Shown piece by piece: positions 48,477 to 57,977 of a stretch of DNA of 64,000 nt. The translations under genes were made by a program, and so were the position numbers. The notes under the pieces are model-generated. The model did no database searches, was not told the DNA's origin, and worked only from the letters and a program-made list of their open reading frames with translations. Source of the DNA: an uncultured Gammaproteobacteria bacterium. GTDB taxonomy: Bacteria > Patescibacteriota > Microgenomatia > Levybacterales > GWA1-39-11. The stretch spans positions 219,241 to 283,240 of the forward strand of contig CAYRUR010000001.1 in the NCBI GenBank assembly GCA_964427615.1. The letters are read 5' to 3'. How positions within the stretch are numbered: position 1 is the stretch's first letter; every line of letters begins with the position of its first letter.

Positions 48477-50261
48477 ATGCTTACGATATCAAATATTAGA
48501 AAAACAGCGCACACCATACTCTGTATTGGTAGTCATCCAGGCATTATTCAGTCTATGCTGGATTTTGACTATTTAGCTGGTAAAAAAGAGCCAAGTGTAG
48601 TTGCTATTCTTGCAGCAGGAAGAAATTCTGAAAAGTATTTCTTTGGCAAAAGGGAAATACTCCTACCAGTGTATCACTCATTGCAAGCAATTCCAGAAGA
48701 GGTAAAACAGCACATTACCCTCTTTTTAAATCTGTCCTCTGCCAGAAGAGTGCTTTCTAGCACCCAAGATGTACTAGAACAGCTTCCAAACATACAGGGA
48801 GGAGCAATTTTTGCAGAAGATGTGCCTGAAAAACACTCACTAGATCTTTATCAAATAACTCGAGAAAAAGGAGTTTTTATAGTGGGTCCGGCAAGTGTGG
48901 GACTGCTTATTCCAGGAGTACTCAAGTTAGGTGCAGTTGGTGGGGTCGATATGCGGCAGTTAGTCGATTCACATTTATTTACTTCCGGAAGTGTGGCAGT
49001 ATTTTCAGCCTCCGGTGGGATGACGAATGAATTAATTCGTATTGTAACGCAGCAAGGAAAGCGCCTTTCTTTTGCTCTTGCTTTTGGAGGAGATAGATTT
49101 CCCATTACGAGTCCAGAGGACGCACTGCTTGCAGCTGAGCAAGATCCTGACACTGATACTATCTGCTACTTTGGAGAATTAGGAGGAACAGATGAGTATG
49201 TTATTGCTCAATTGTTGCATGAGAAAAAAATAACCAAAAAAGTCATTTGTTATATTGCTGGTGTTATTGCGGACCTTTTTGAAACTCCTCCCCAATTTGG
49301 ACACGCCAAAGCCATGGCAAAAGACAAACAGGAAAGCGCACAAGAAAAGAGAAAAATCTTACAAGAAGCAGGAGCTATTGTGCCTGAGTCTTTCACTGCA
49401 TTTGTAGAAGAGATAAAAAAGCTTCCTACAATCTCCTATAAAGAAGTAGATGTAACCGAAAAAATGCAGGCGATAAGAAGTCGAAAAAAAGCTCTTTTTT
49501 CCTCTTCTATCTCAGGTGATAAAGACGGACAAGCACAGATACTAGGTATTGATTTACTTACTTTTGCTAAAAGCCATTCGTTTGCTGCTACTGTTGCCTC
49601 TCTTTTTCTGGGACGGGAAGTCCAGTCAAAAGAAGTGGAAGACTTTATTGATTTTATCCTCCGCTTGTTAGTGGATCATGGGCCGTATCAATCAGGAGCA
49701 GTGAATACCATGATTACTGCTCGTGCGGGAAAGGACTTGCCATCAGCACTTGCATCAGGCATTTTAACGATTGGACCTCGTTTTGGCGGAGCAGTAAATC
49801 AGGCAGCTTTGAATTGGCTGAAAGGTGCAGAGAGTAAAAAATCGGTTATAGAATTTGTGGAGGACTTTGCTAGAAGAAAGGAATATATTTCAGGCATTGG
49901 ACATAAAAAATACAGAATTGACTTTCCAGATCCAAGGGTTGAGGAAATCTTAAAATTTACAGATGGTCTCAAAGAGAAAAAGTACGTGCAATTTGCACAA
50001 TCAGTAGAAAAAGTTACCGCAACCAAAAAAGGTAATTTGATTTTAAATGTTGATGGTGCCATTGCAGCAGTTTTGCTGGACTTATTGAGCGAAAAAGAGG
50101 GGATGAATGAGCAAGAGCTACAAAAATTGGCAGAACATGAATTCTTTAATGCACTCTTTATTGCTTCCCGTTCTATTGGTTTTATTGCTCACTATTTGGA
50201 TCAAAAAAGGCTTGATGAAGGGTTATTTAGATTATCAGAAGATGATGTGCTAGGAGTTTAA
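48477..50261 (+). CDS. aclA: ATP-citrate lyase alpha (large) subunit: CoA-binding/phospho-His domain plus a citrate-synthase-like domain
   Basis: [28 protein letters not shown] and the phospho-His motif QFGHAKA are present. The C-terminal domain [43 protein letters not shown] is near-identical to the ACLY stretch [54 protein letters not shown] also matches. Confidence 0.88.
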   Translation: [594 protein letters not shown]

Positions 50262-50273
50262 AAAGCGAAAGGT

Positions 50274-50843
50274 ATGAAACCAGGGGACATAGTTTTTCAA
50301 GGAAAATCGAAGAAAGGAACAGAGTTTGTGATTGGTTATCCTACTAATGAAGATATCCCAGCCATGCACTCCTATATTAATAATCTCTCACAAGAAAGAA
50401 CGTTTGTAACTTTTCAAGGAGAGGAAATTACGCTTGAGCAAGAAGAAGAGTTTGTGCAGGGTTTTCAGCAAAGGATGGAAAATAAAACAGGCGTGTTGCT
50501 GGTTGTGAAGACAGAAGATAGTATCATTGGTGTTGCAAGTATTGATTTGAATGAAGGGATTTTTTCTCATGTAGGATCATTAGCAGTATCAATTGCTAAA
50601 GGACATAGGGGAGAGGGAATTGGGAGTACACTGATGGAAAAAGTTATTTCTGAAGCAGAGAAGAATCTTTCTGCATTAAAGATAATAACGTTAAGAGTTA
50701 ACGGTAATAATATCGTAGCCTATGACTTGTATAAAAATAAATTTGGTTTTCAAGAAGCTGGAAGGATTCCAAAAGGTGTATTTCATAAAAACGAGTATGT
50801 AGATGAAGTGTATATGTATAAGTTTACAAACGCATTTCAGTAA
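50274..50843 (+). CDS. GNAT-family N-acetyltransferase
   Basis: HRGEGIGSTLMEKV acetyl-CoA-binding motif. Confidence 0.75.
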   Translation: MKPGDIVFQGKSKKGTEFVIGYPTNEDIPAMHSYINNLSQERTFVTFQGEEITLEQEEEFVQGFQQRMENKTGVLLVVKTEDSIIGVASIDLNEGIFSHVGSLAVSIAKGHRGEGIGSTLMEKVISEAEKNLSALKIITLRVNGNNIVAYDLYKNKFGFQEAGRIPKGVFHKNEYVDEVYMYKFTNAFQ

Positions 50844-51514
50844 TGGATGAAATTGAAAAATTAAAAAGCACATTACAAAAGAAAAATATAAAAGGGTTAG
50901 CACTGGATATTGATGAAACACTGTCAGGAACAGTAATCCATTGGATGCACCAGATGTTATTAGACTTAGGTAATCCTGAAAATCTTACTCCTGCTCAAAT
51001 AATTAAAAAATACAGATACCCAGAGAATGTTCCTTATTGGCAAACGGAAAAAGGTTATCAATGGATAGAAGAAAAAAGAAGAGACAATGCTATGCAGATT
51101 GATATACCTCTTGTAGAAAATGCAAATCATGTGGTAGAAAAAATAAATGCAATGATTCCTATAGTTGCTTATATTACTGCTCGTCCAATATCCATCAAGG
51201 AAGGGACAAAAAAATGGCTTCAAAAACACAACTTTCCACTTGCTCCTCTGATTATGGCTCCTGATGAAATATTGGTTGAAGGGAGAAGTGAATGGAAAGC
51301 GCAAGTAATGCAGTATCTTTATCCAGAAGTCCTTGGAATAGTTGATGATAATCCTGGATTTCTCAAGTTCCTTCCTCATGATTATAAAGGAATAGTTTTT
51401 CTCTATAACAATGACGAATACAATAATTCAGTACATACTGTTATTCCTTGTCCTAGGTGGGAAGATGTGTATTTACAGGCGCAGAGTATGTGTAAACCCC
51501 ATGAAACTCAGTAA
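50843..51514 (+). CDS. HAD-superfamily hydrolase
   Basis: LALDIDETL motif I. Confidence 0.6.
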   Translation: MDEIEKLKSTLQKKNIKGLALDIDETLSGTVIHWMHQMLLDLGNPENLTPAQIIKKYRYPENVPYWQTEKGYQWIEEKRRDNAMQIDIPLVENANHVVEKINAMIPIVAYITARPISIKEGTKKWLQKHNFPLAPLIMAPDEILVEGRSEWKAQVMQYLYPEVLGIVDDNPGFLKFLPHDYKGIVFLYNNDEYNNSVHTVIPCPRWEDVYLQAQSMCKPHETQ

Positions 51515-51547
51515 AGCATTTAGAGTTGAGGTATAATAAGACATAGT

Positions 51548-51835
51548 ATGGGTGCTGAGGATGAACTGGGAAAGGAGTATTTAATACATCGACTACCGGT
51601 TGATGCAAAAATAAAGAGAAGAGAGGGTGATGCAGTAACGACTCATCGGGAAGTAGCAGGAGCAATTGATGTTCACTTGTCTCAGTCTCCAGAAGAAAAA
51701 TTAGATGAGATTAATAGGAAGAGAAAAAACATTGAAAAAATATTCAAACAAATGCATACTGATGCAGAGGTTACTTGTGAAGTAATCTATCCTCGATCAA
51801 CAGGAAAGAATGAGGTAGTAGAAGATGATAGTTAA
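51548..51835 (+). CDS. Hypothetical small protein
   Basis: 95-aa ORF overlapping the murB start by 11 nt. Confidence 0.3.
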   Translation: MGAEDELGKEYLIHRLPVDAKIKRREGDAVTTHREVAGAIDVHLSQSPEEKLDEINRKRKNIEKIFKQMHTDAEVTCEVIYPRSTGKNEVVEDDS

Positions 51836-52799
51836 AGAAAATGTAGATTTATCAGAAATACTGTGGTACAAAATTGGCGGGAAAGCACGCTACGTATTGG
51901 AGTGTGAAAATAAAGAGGATGTACTGGATGCAGTCAACTTTATTTTTGAGAACAATATTGAACAGTATTTTGTCGTAGGCTGGGGTTCAAATCTTATTTT
52001 TCCTGATGAAGCATACGATGGAGCAATTATTTACCTGAAGCACGGAGATGATGGTTCTATGTATGTTACAAATGATCATTTCATTGATTGTTATGCAGGG
52101 AATTCTTTGGATAGTCTTATCAATTTTTCATTTAAAAACCACTTAGTGGGTCTTGAGTGGGCAGGTGGATTACCTGGAACAGTTGGCGCAGGAGTCAGAG
52201 GTAATGTGGGTGCTTTTGGCGGAGAAATACAAGACCTATTTGTGGAAGCAGAAGTTTTGGAGGTAACAGATGCAGGCGCAACAGTCAGAAAAATTACTAA
52301 AAATGATATGCATTTTGCATATAGAAGTAGTCTGGTAAAGCAAAGAGGAAATATGATAGTGCTCTCAGCACTTTTTGATTTTACACAGGCCACTCCTTCA
52401 CAAGTTCAGGAAGCAAGAGATATCTATCAGCAAAATATAAAGTACAGAAAAACAAATCATCCGTTGGAATTTCCTAACTGTGGTTCAGTCTTTAAAAATA
52501 TCCATGAAAAAGAAAAAGTAGAAAAAATACTTGCCGTAATGCCTGAGATAGAGGAAAAAGTAAAAAATAACTGGCATGGAAAGGTATCTATGGGGTATCT
52601 GATTCACAAATTAGGACTTACCGGATATAAAGTAGGAGATGCTCAAGTCAGTGAAAAACATAATAACTTTATTGTAAATGTGGGACATGCGAAAGCAGAG
52701 GATGTGAGAAAAATTATTACCAATATTCAGAAAAAGTTTCAGGATACGTTTGGTTTTGCTCCAGAGGTAGAGGTAGAAATTGTAAAGCTGAATAAATAA
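51825..52799 (+). CDS. murB: UDP-N-acetylenolpyruvoylglucosamine reductase
   Basis: FAD-binding PCMH region YKIGGKARY...VGWGSNLIF and GLEWAGGLPGTVGAGVRGN. Confidence 0.85.
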   Translation: MIVKENVDLSEILWYKIGGKARYVLECENKEDVLDAVNFIFENNIEQYFVVGWGSNLIFPDEAYDGAIIYLKHGDDGSMYVTNDHFIDCYAGNSLDSLINFSFKNHLVGLEWAGGLPGTVGAGVRGNVGAFGGEIQDLFVEAEVLEVTDAGATVRKITKNDMHFAYRSSLVKQRGNMIVLSALFDFTQATPSQVQEARDIYQQNIKYRKTNHPLEFPNCGSVFKNIHEKEKVEKILAVMPEIEEKVKNNWHGKVSMGYLIHKLGLTGYKVGDAQVSEKHNNFIVNVGHAKAEDVRKIITNIQKKFQDTFGFAPEVEVEIVKLNK

Positions 52800-52828
52800 A
52801 AATATCAGTAACCTACAAGAGTAACTAT

Positions 52829-54037
52829 ATGGATAATGATATTGAAAGTAAAGTAAAAAACTTTGGAAGAGGTAGTGAAAAGAAACTTTCTTTACCAGGA
52901 GGTAATGAGCCGCAGACAAAACAATTTGAGGAGAGATTGAAAGATGTATCTTCACAGGAAACTTTTCCTCCGGAAAATGAAATTGATGCCGTACGGGCAA
53001 AGATTCATACACTGACGGGACAAAAGGACGACGAAGGAAGTTTAGGACAAAATGTTGATGTAGCAACTGGTGATGTGCTTGAGGATAGAAATGAAGAGGA
53101 GAGATTTACCCGAAGAAAAGCTATGGAAAAAGGACTTAAACTTGGATTGGGTGGAATTGCTTGGGCAGCTGGAATTAATGCCTTGAATTGGATCCGAGGA
53201 AACAATGATAGAAGAGGTCCCTTTGAACGGACACCAGAAAGAATGCCATACACCGCAGAACAAGTACCCGATGTTGAAATGGAAAGGATACCACAACGAG
53301 ATATGTCTTTTTATAATCTTTTATTTCCCAATTTAGAAAATCTAGGAGAAGAAGCACAAGATGCGTTGGCGACAGAAGTAGAAAAATACAGAAATGATTA
53401 CTTACAAAAAGAACGTGTTGTGATTGATGAAATCATAAGTAAAAGAGATCCTGTAATTCAGGAAGTGGTTGAAAACATAAAAGGTATTGATGACGAAAGA
53501 AAAGTATTTTTGAGAAAAGCATTAGGAGGGATTATTTTTGCAGAGTCTAGAAATGTTGAAAATCCTTCCGAGGATGAGGATGTTGTGGGATTGTGTCAGG
53601 TAAAGACTGGCACTGCTGGTCTTTCAAGGGAAGCATTGCTTCATCCAGAAACAAATATCAAAGCTGCAGCAGAGTATTTAAACACATTGTGTAATACCAT
53701 ACCAGACCGTGCATTAGCTTTGTGGGCATATAATATTGGGGAAGGAAATATTGCATATTTTATGGGGAACTATTTAAACGCATTAGACTCTAAAACTCCA
53801 GAAATGATAGAAGATATACAAGAGATGCTAGATAAAAATAGTGAAGCACGAGTAAATTTGATTGAAAAGTATATTAACAATGGGATGGTAGATTTTTATA
53901 CGCTTGTGTCTTCTTCAACTGTTGATAATGTAATAAAATCAGAAATTGATGAAGAGGAAACGTCAGGATATGTATATCGAGTTGCCGGAGCAGCTTTAGC
54001 AGCAGAACAGCGAACAGCAGAAATGAAGTTAGGATAA
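52829..54037 (+). CDS. Membrane-anchored lytic transglycosylase (SLT domain)
   Basis: Hydrophobic helix GLKLGLGGIAWAAGINALNWI. SLT motif AESRNVENPSEDEDVVGLCQVKTGTA with catalytic Glu in ES, plus AYNIGEGN. Confidence 0.7.
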   Translation: MDNDIESKVKNFGRGSEKKLSLPGGNEPQTKQFEERLKDVSSQETFPPENEIDAVRAKIHTLTGQKDDEGSLGQNVDVATGDVLEDRNEEERFTRRKAMEKGLKLGLGGIAWAAGINALNWIRGNNDRRGPFERTPERMPYTAEQVPDVEMERIPQRDMSFYNLLFPNLENLGEEAQDALATEVEKYRNDYLQKERVVIDEIISKRDPVIQEVVENIKGIDDERKVFLRKALGGIIFAESRNVENPSEDEDVVGLCQVKTGTAGLSREALLHPETNIKAAAEYLNTLCNTIPDRALALWAYNIGEGNIAYFMGNYLNALDSKTPEMIEDIQEMLDKNSEARVNLIEKYINNGMVDFYTLVSSSTVDNVIKSEIDEEETSGYVYRVAGAALAAEQRTAEMKLG

Positions 54038-54056
54038 ATAAAGAATCCCTTTTTTC

Positions 54057-54299
54057 TTATCGACCTGAGATGTTTCCTCTGTCTCCTCTTCGTAATGCTT
54101 TTCTATGACCATGCCCTGGTTTTGTTTCCTGAGGTTGTTTCTGTGGAATAAAGGCTTCTTGTCCTTCTTGCAGAGTTTCTTCTGGCTCTACTATAAATAA
54201 ACCCCTTCCATCCTTTCGATATGAAAATGGCATAATGCGACTTTCTTTTGGCATATAACGTAAATAAATAGAAGGGCAGGGGAAATTTTTAGTATACAA
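54057..54299 (-). CDS. Hypothetical small basic protein
   Basis: 80-aa ORF overlapping the ICMT-like gene by 11 nt. Confidence 0.25.
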   Translation of the reverse strand: MYTKNFPCPSIYLRYMPKESRIMPFSYRKDGRGLFIVEPEETLQEGQEAFIPQKQPQETKPGHGHRKALRRGDRGNISGR

Positions 54300-54735
54300 A
54301 AGGAATCAGGCTTGCTGTTTTTTGTATATACTCATGATACTGTTTGGCAAAGTGTGCTTTGAGCAAATCTTCCTCAAATTGGACTTTTATATAAAGATCT
54401 ACTACCAAAATAACAAAAGCCGCAAATCTACCAAAGGTAAAGAAGTTAAGTAATAGTGCAAGAGCAATCAAGATTACTCCTGTATACATCGGATGGCGGA
54501 TATATTTATATGGTCCGGTAGTAATAAGGGTACTTCCTTTTCCTGGTTGAGGAGTGATTTGAAAGGTGGTAGTTCTCATATGCCAAAAAGCCCAGAAAAT
54601 AAGGAAAAACCCCAGGCTCATGATAAGGAGGGTAACAGGGTTTTGAGGGACAACAACTCCGCTTAAGAATAAATACAGCAGGACAAAAAATTGGATACCA
54701 ACCAGAATGAGTGATTTAGGATCATTTGAAAGCAT
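54289..54735 (-). CDS. ICMT/PEMT-family membrane methyltransferase
   Basis: Multi-TM protein with a YKYIRHPMYTG...EE motif. Confidence 0.75.
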   Translation of the reverse strand: MLSNDPKSLILVGIQFFVLLYLFLSGVVVPQNPVTLLIMSLGFFLIFWAFWHMRTTTFQITPQPGKGSTLITTGPYKYIRHPMYTGVILIALALLLNFFTFGRFAAFVILVVDLYIKVQFEEDLLKAHFAKQYHEYIQKTASLIPFVY

Positions 54736-54781
54736 ATATTTATTATATAGAGGTAATAAGTTTTTTACAAACGTAAGTTGA

Positions 54782-57397
54782 TTACTTTAAATAAAACGTC
54801 TCTCCATCGGAGATCTTGGATTTGGGTTTGTTCTTGTCCTCAGTTTGTTTTGACTGTTTTTCTTGATTTTTATCATGTGGTTTTTTATCGGTATATTGTT
54901 TTTGCTGAGCTTGATGATGTTGTACATTTTTATGGTCTTTTGATTGTTTTTTTTCAGAAGAAGGATTGTGTTGTGGATGCTGTTTTGCAGTCTGTTGAGT
55001 TGGTTGGCCTTGTTTTGCCTGTGCTTTTTCTTCTTGCTTTTGGGCAGGATGATTTGTTGGTTGTCCGGCTGAATGGTGGGGTTTTTCCTGTTGTTTGACT
55101 GGAGTTTTTACCTCTTGGTTTTTGACAGAAGCAGTAACTGATAAGTCAGATTGTTTTTGCTGTGGTAGATTACTTGGTGCTCTTTGCTCTTGTTTAGGTG
55201 CTGGCCCGTCATATTTTTTATATTCAGGTTTTTCTACTACTAAAGGAGTTATCGTTTTATAATATCTTTCCTGAGATCCTTTTAAGACTTTTGGCCTATT
55301 TTGGTTACGACTATTAGGTAACGGCAAAGTTTGAGCCAAAAATGGAGAGCTTGTCATACCATCAATAGAGAGTCTGGTAATAATTTGATGCCTTCCAAGT
55401 GCGAGAATATCCTCTGCCTGGTATCTTTCTCCAAATTCTTTGGCTAAAATATCTAAATCCTCAGCTCCCACTAAAAAGGTCATGAGTGTGCCGACATTTC
55501 CAAAAATAGCACTTTTCAGTTCCGGTGGAAGTTGAGCCATGTACTGATTAGCAAGTGTTAAATTTAGACGATACTTGCGTGCCTCAGATAAGATTTTAAT
55601 AAAGGAGGTAGTGGCAAAGTTCTGGAACTCGTCAACATAGAGAAAGAAGTCCTTACGTTCTGCTTCAGGTATATACACACGATTCATGGCCGCCAATTGT
55701 AGTTTGGTAATAGTCATAGCACCTAGCAATGCAGAGTTATCTTCTCCCATTTTTCCTTGTGAAAGGTTGAAAAGCAGGATTTTTCTGTTGTTCATAATGT
55801 CTTCCAGATCAATAGTTGATTTAGGGTGTCCTACGATATTGCGGATAACATTGGAGGATAAAAATTGTCCTACTTTATTTAAAATTGGAGAGGTTGATTC
55901 TGTCATCATACGGTCATTCATTTTATTGAACTCATCCAGCCAGAAGGCTTTGATGACAGGATCAGTAACATATGTTTCTACAACTCTAGTGCGATATTTG
56001 TCATCTGTTAGAATGCGTGGTACGAGCATAAGTGTAGCATTGGGAATTTCAAGTAAAGTTAGAATAGTATTGCGTAAAATATACTCCAGTCGCGGTCCCC
56101 AAGAGTTTCCGTATAATTTATAGAAAATCGCTACGATACCGGAGGCAATCAGATCTTTTTGTGAAAGATCTTCATCCAATGGATTTAAATGAAATGATTT
56201 GCCTGTTCCTTCTGTGGGACTCAGATATACTACATCATTAATGCGATATGAAGGAATATAATCTAGGATTGTTTCACATAAATCTCCGTGAGGATCAATA
56301 ACTGCCAGTCCTTCACCATTTCTAATATCGTTGATTACCATATTAGCAATAAGCGTTGATTTTCCGACACCTGTTTTTCCGATGATATAGGTGTGTTTTC
56401 TCCTATCAATACGCTTCATACCAAAAGTAGAGAGGGTATTGCGAAAATAGGTTTTTGCAAAAAAATTAATTTCTTTTTTTCCTTCTGCATCAAGTCCTAA
56501 AGCAATGGGGAGGTCTTCTGGAGCATCAGAAAAAATTGTTTTTGCCCAGGAGATGTTGTGGATAGTTGAAAGTTGTTTGCCAGGAAAATGGAAAAGGGTA
56601 GCAATCTCTGAAAGATTTAGTATTTGGCCTGTAGGGATAAAAGATCCGCTACGGGTGATAAAAGCAGTATGTAGCTTGTCCTTTTGCCATAGATAAGGTT
56701 TTTTAAGCGACAGGCTGTTTCCGCTTGCGTTATTAAAGCCTGAAAAAGCAGTGGCGATTTGCAAAAAGAGGTCTTTATTAGGGCTTTTGACAAAGAGGCG
56801 GATACCTACCTTAAAACCATGTTGTCCTATTTTTTCACCAATCACCGCTGCATGAGGATTGGTAGAAGTAGTGCCGTCTGCGTTGGTGGTCTTTTTTTCC
56901 ATTTGTGCTCTTCCACTTGACTGCCAACTATTGCCAATTGGGACCAATAAATACTGAATGACCACCTGATCTTCTTGGGTAAGCTTTGATAACAAGCCTA
57001 ATAGTGAGGAAAGAGGGTCTACTTCCTTAAAATCAGTATATGTTTTTAAGGGGAGCAGATGTGATTGGTTGAGTGTAAGTTGTCCTTCGCGGATAGGAGC
57101 AGTAGGTTGGAGAACATACTTTAGGTAGTCTTCTTGCAAATGTCTTATTTGGGAATGTGGGTACTGTGAGTAAATCTGGCTTTCAATAAAGGGGGCAAGT
57201 GCTTTTGGGAGGACAACATAAAAATAAATAGTCTGGTCAAAAACAGCAATTTCAAAACTGATAGGAATGCCCTTTTTGATGAAAAAATAATGGGTTTTGC
57301 GCAGATTGGTAAGACTGGCTAACAACTGTACCATTACTTCCGGAGTTTCTTCACCAGTGCGTGGTGTTTTTATCTCTAAAATAGCCTTTTCTTCCAT
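54782..57397 (-). CDS. VirD4/TraG/TraD-like type IV coupling protein ATPase, soluble, with a long Gln/Lys-rich disordered tail
   Basis: Walker A is GKTGVGKST, followed about 20 aa later by VIDPHGD and then NPLD. Walker B is FLYVDEFQNF, and RLNLTLANQYMAQL is the T4CP Q-motif. No N-terminal TM helices. SD AGAGGT upstream. Confidence 0.7.
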   Translation of the reverse strand: MEEKAILEIKTPRTGEETPEVMVQLLASLTNLRKTHYFFIKKGIPISFEIAVFDQTIYFYVVLPKALAPFIESQIYSQYPHSQIRHLQEDYLKYVLQPTAPIREGQLTLNQSHLLPLKTYTDFKEVDPLSSLLGLLSKLTQEDQVVIQYLLVPIGNSWQSSGRAQMEKKTTNADGTTSTNPHAAVIGEKIGQHGFKVGIRLFVKSPNKDLFLQIATAFSGFNNASGNSLSLKKPYLWQKDKLHTAFITRSGSFIPTGQILNLSEIATLFHFPGKQLSTIHNISWAKTIFSDAPEDLPIALGLDAEGKKEINFFAKTYFRNTLSTFGMKRIDRRKHTYIIGKTGVGKSTLIANMVINDIRNGEGLAVIDPHGDLCETILDYIPSYRINDVVYLSPTEGTGKSFHLNPLDEDLSQKDLIASGIVAIFYKLYGNSWGPRLEYILRNTILTLLEIPNATLMLVPRILTDDKYRTRVVETYVTDPVIKAFWLDEFNKMNDRMMTESTSPILNKVGQFLSSNVIRNIVGHPKSTIDLEDIMNNRKILLFNLSQGKMGEDNSALLGAMTITKLQLAAMNRVYIPEAERKDFFLYVDEFQNFATTSFIKILSEARKYRLNLTLANQYMAQLPPELKSAIFGNVGTLMTFLVGAEDLDILAKEFGERYQAEDILALGRHQIITRLSIDGMTSSPFLAQTLPLPNSRNQNRPKVLKGSQERYYKTITPLVVEKPEYKKYDGPAPKQEQRAPSNLPQQKQSDLSVTASVKNQEVKTPVKQQEKPHHSAGQPTNHPAQKQEEKAQAKQGQPTQQTAKQHPQHNPSSEKKQSKDHKNVQHHQAQQKQYTDKKPHDKNQEKQSKQTEDKNKPKSKISDGETFYLK

Positions 57398-57487
57398 GTG
57401 ATTTTTACCTCTAAATTATACCAGACAAAGGGGGAAATAAAAACGGAAAGAAGAATATACATGAGACATGATATAATAGTAACATAT

Positions 57488-57925
57488 ATGAAATTAGAAC
57501 CAGGCATGACAGCTCCTCTTTTTACTGCAAAAGACCAAAACGGAGAAGAACATAGCTTGCAAGATTACAGAGGTAAAAAAGTTTTTCTTTATTTTTATCC
57601 AAAAGACGATACTCCCGGATGTACTAAAGAAGCTTGTGGAGTACGGGATAATTTCCAGGAGATAGCAAAAGAGGTGGTAGTGTTAGGGGTCAGCAAAGAT
57701 AGTGTAGCAAGCCATAAACATTTTGCAGAAAAATATCACCTTCCTTTCACACTTCTCTCAGATGAGAAGGGAGAGATTCTTGAAAAATACGGCACAGACG
57801 GCACGTTTTTTCCTAAAAGAACCTCATTTATTATTTCTGAGGATGGAGTGATTGAAAAAGTATATGAAAAAGTAAAACCAGAAGAACATGCCACGGAGAT
57901 TCTTCAAGACCTGGCAGCCCTCTAA
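57488..57925 (+). CDS. bcp: Bcp-type peroxiredoxin (thiol peroxidase)
   Basis: FYPKDDTPGCTKEAC motif. Start chosen at MKLEPGM, with TATAAT about 10 nt upstream. ORF-track start is 57398. Confidence 0.82.
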   Translation: MKLEPGMTAPLFTAKDQNGEEHSLQDYRGKKVFLYFYPKDDTPGCTKEACGVRDNFQEIAKEVVVLGVSKDSVASHKHFAEKYHLPFTLLSDEKGEILEKYGTDGTFFPKRTSFIISEDGVIEKVYEKVKPEEHATEILQDLAAL

Positions 57926-57977
57926 TTTCCTCACAGGGGTTGCAAATTATTTTTCATTTTGTCATCATTAAAGAATA

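Noticed and set aside
54782-57397. Calling the 871-aa ATPase HerA or VirB4
   Set aside because: DPHGD is HerA-like, but the NPLD, DEFQNF and ANQYMAQL motifs fit T4CPs better. It stays flagged for proper profile testing.
57398-57487. bcp starting at the ORF-track start 57398
   Set aside because: That start would abut the divergent T4CP gene start and place a TATAAT hexamer inside the CDS. The Bcp family N-terminus aligns with MKLEPGM at 57488.
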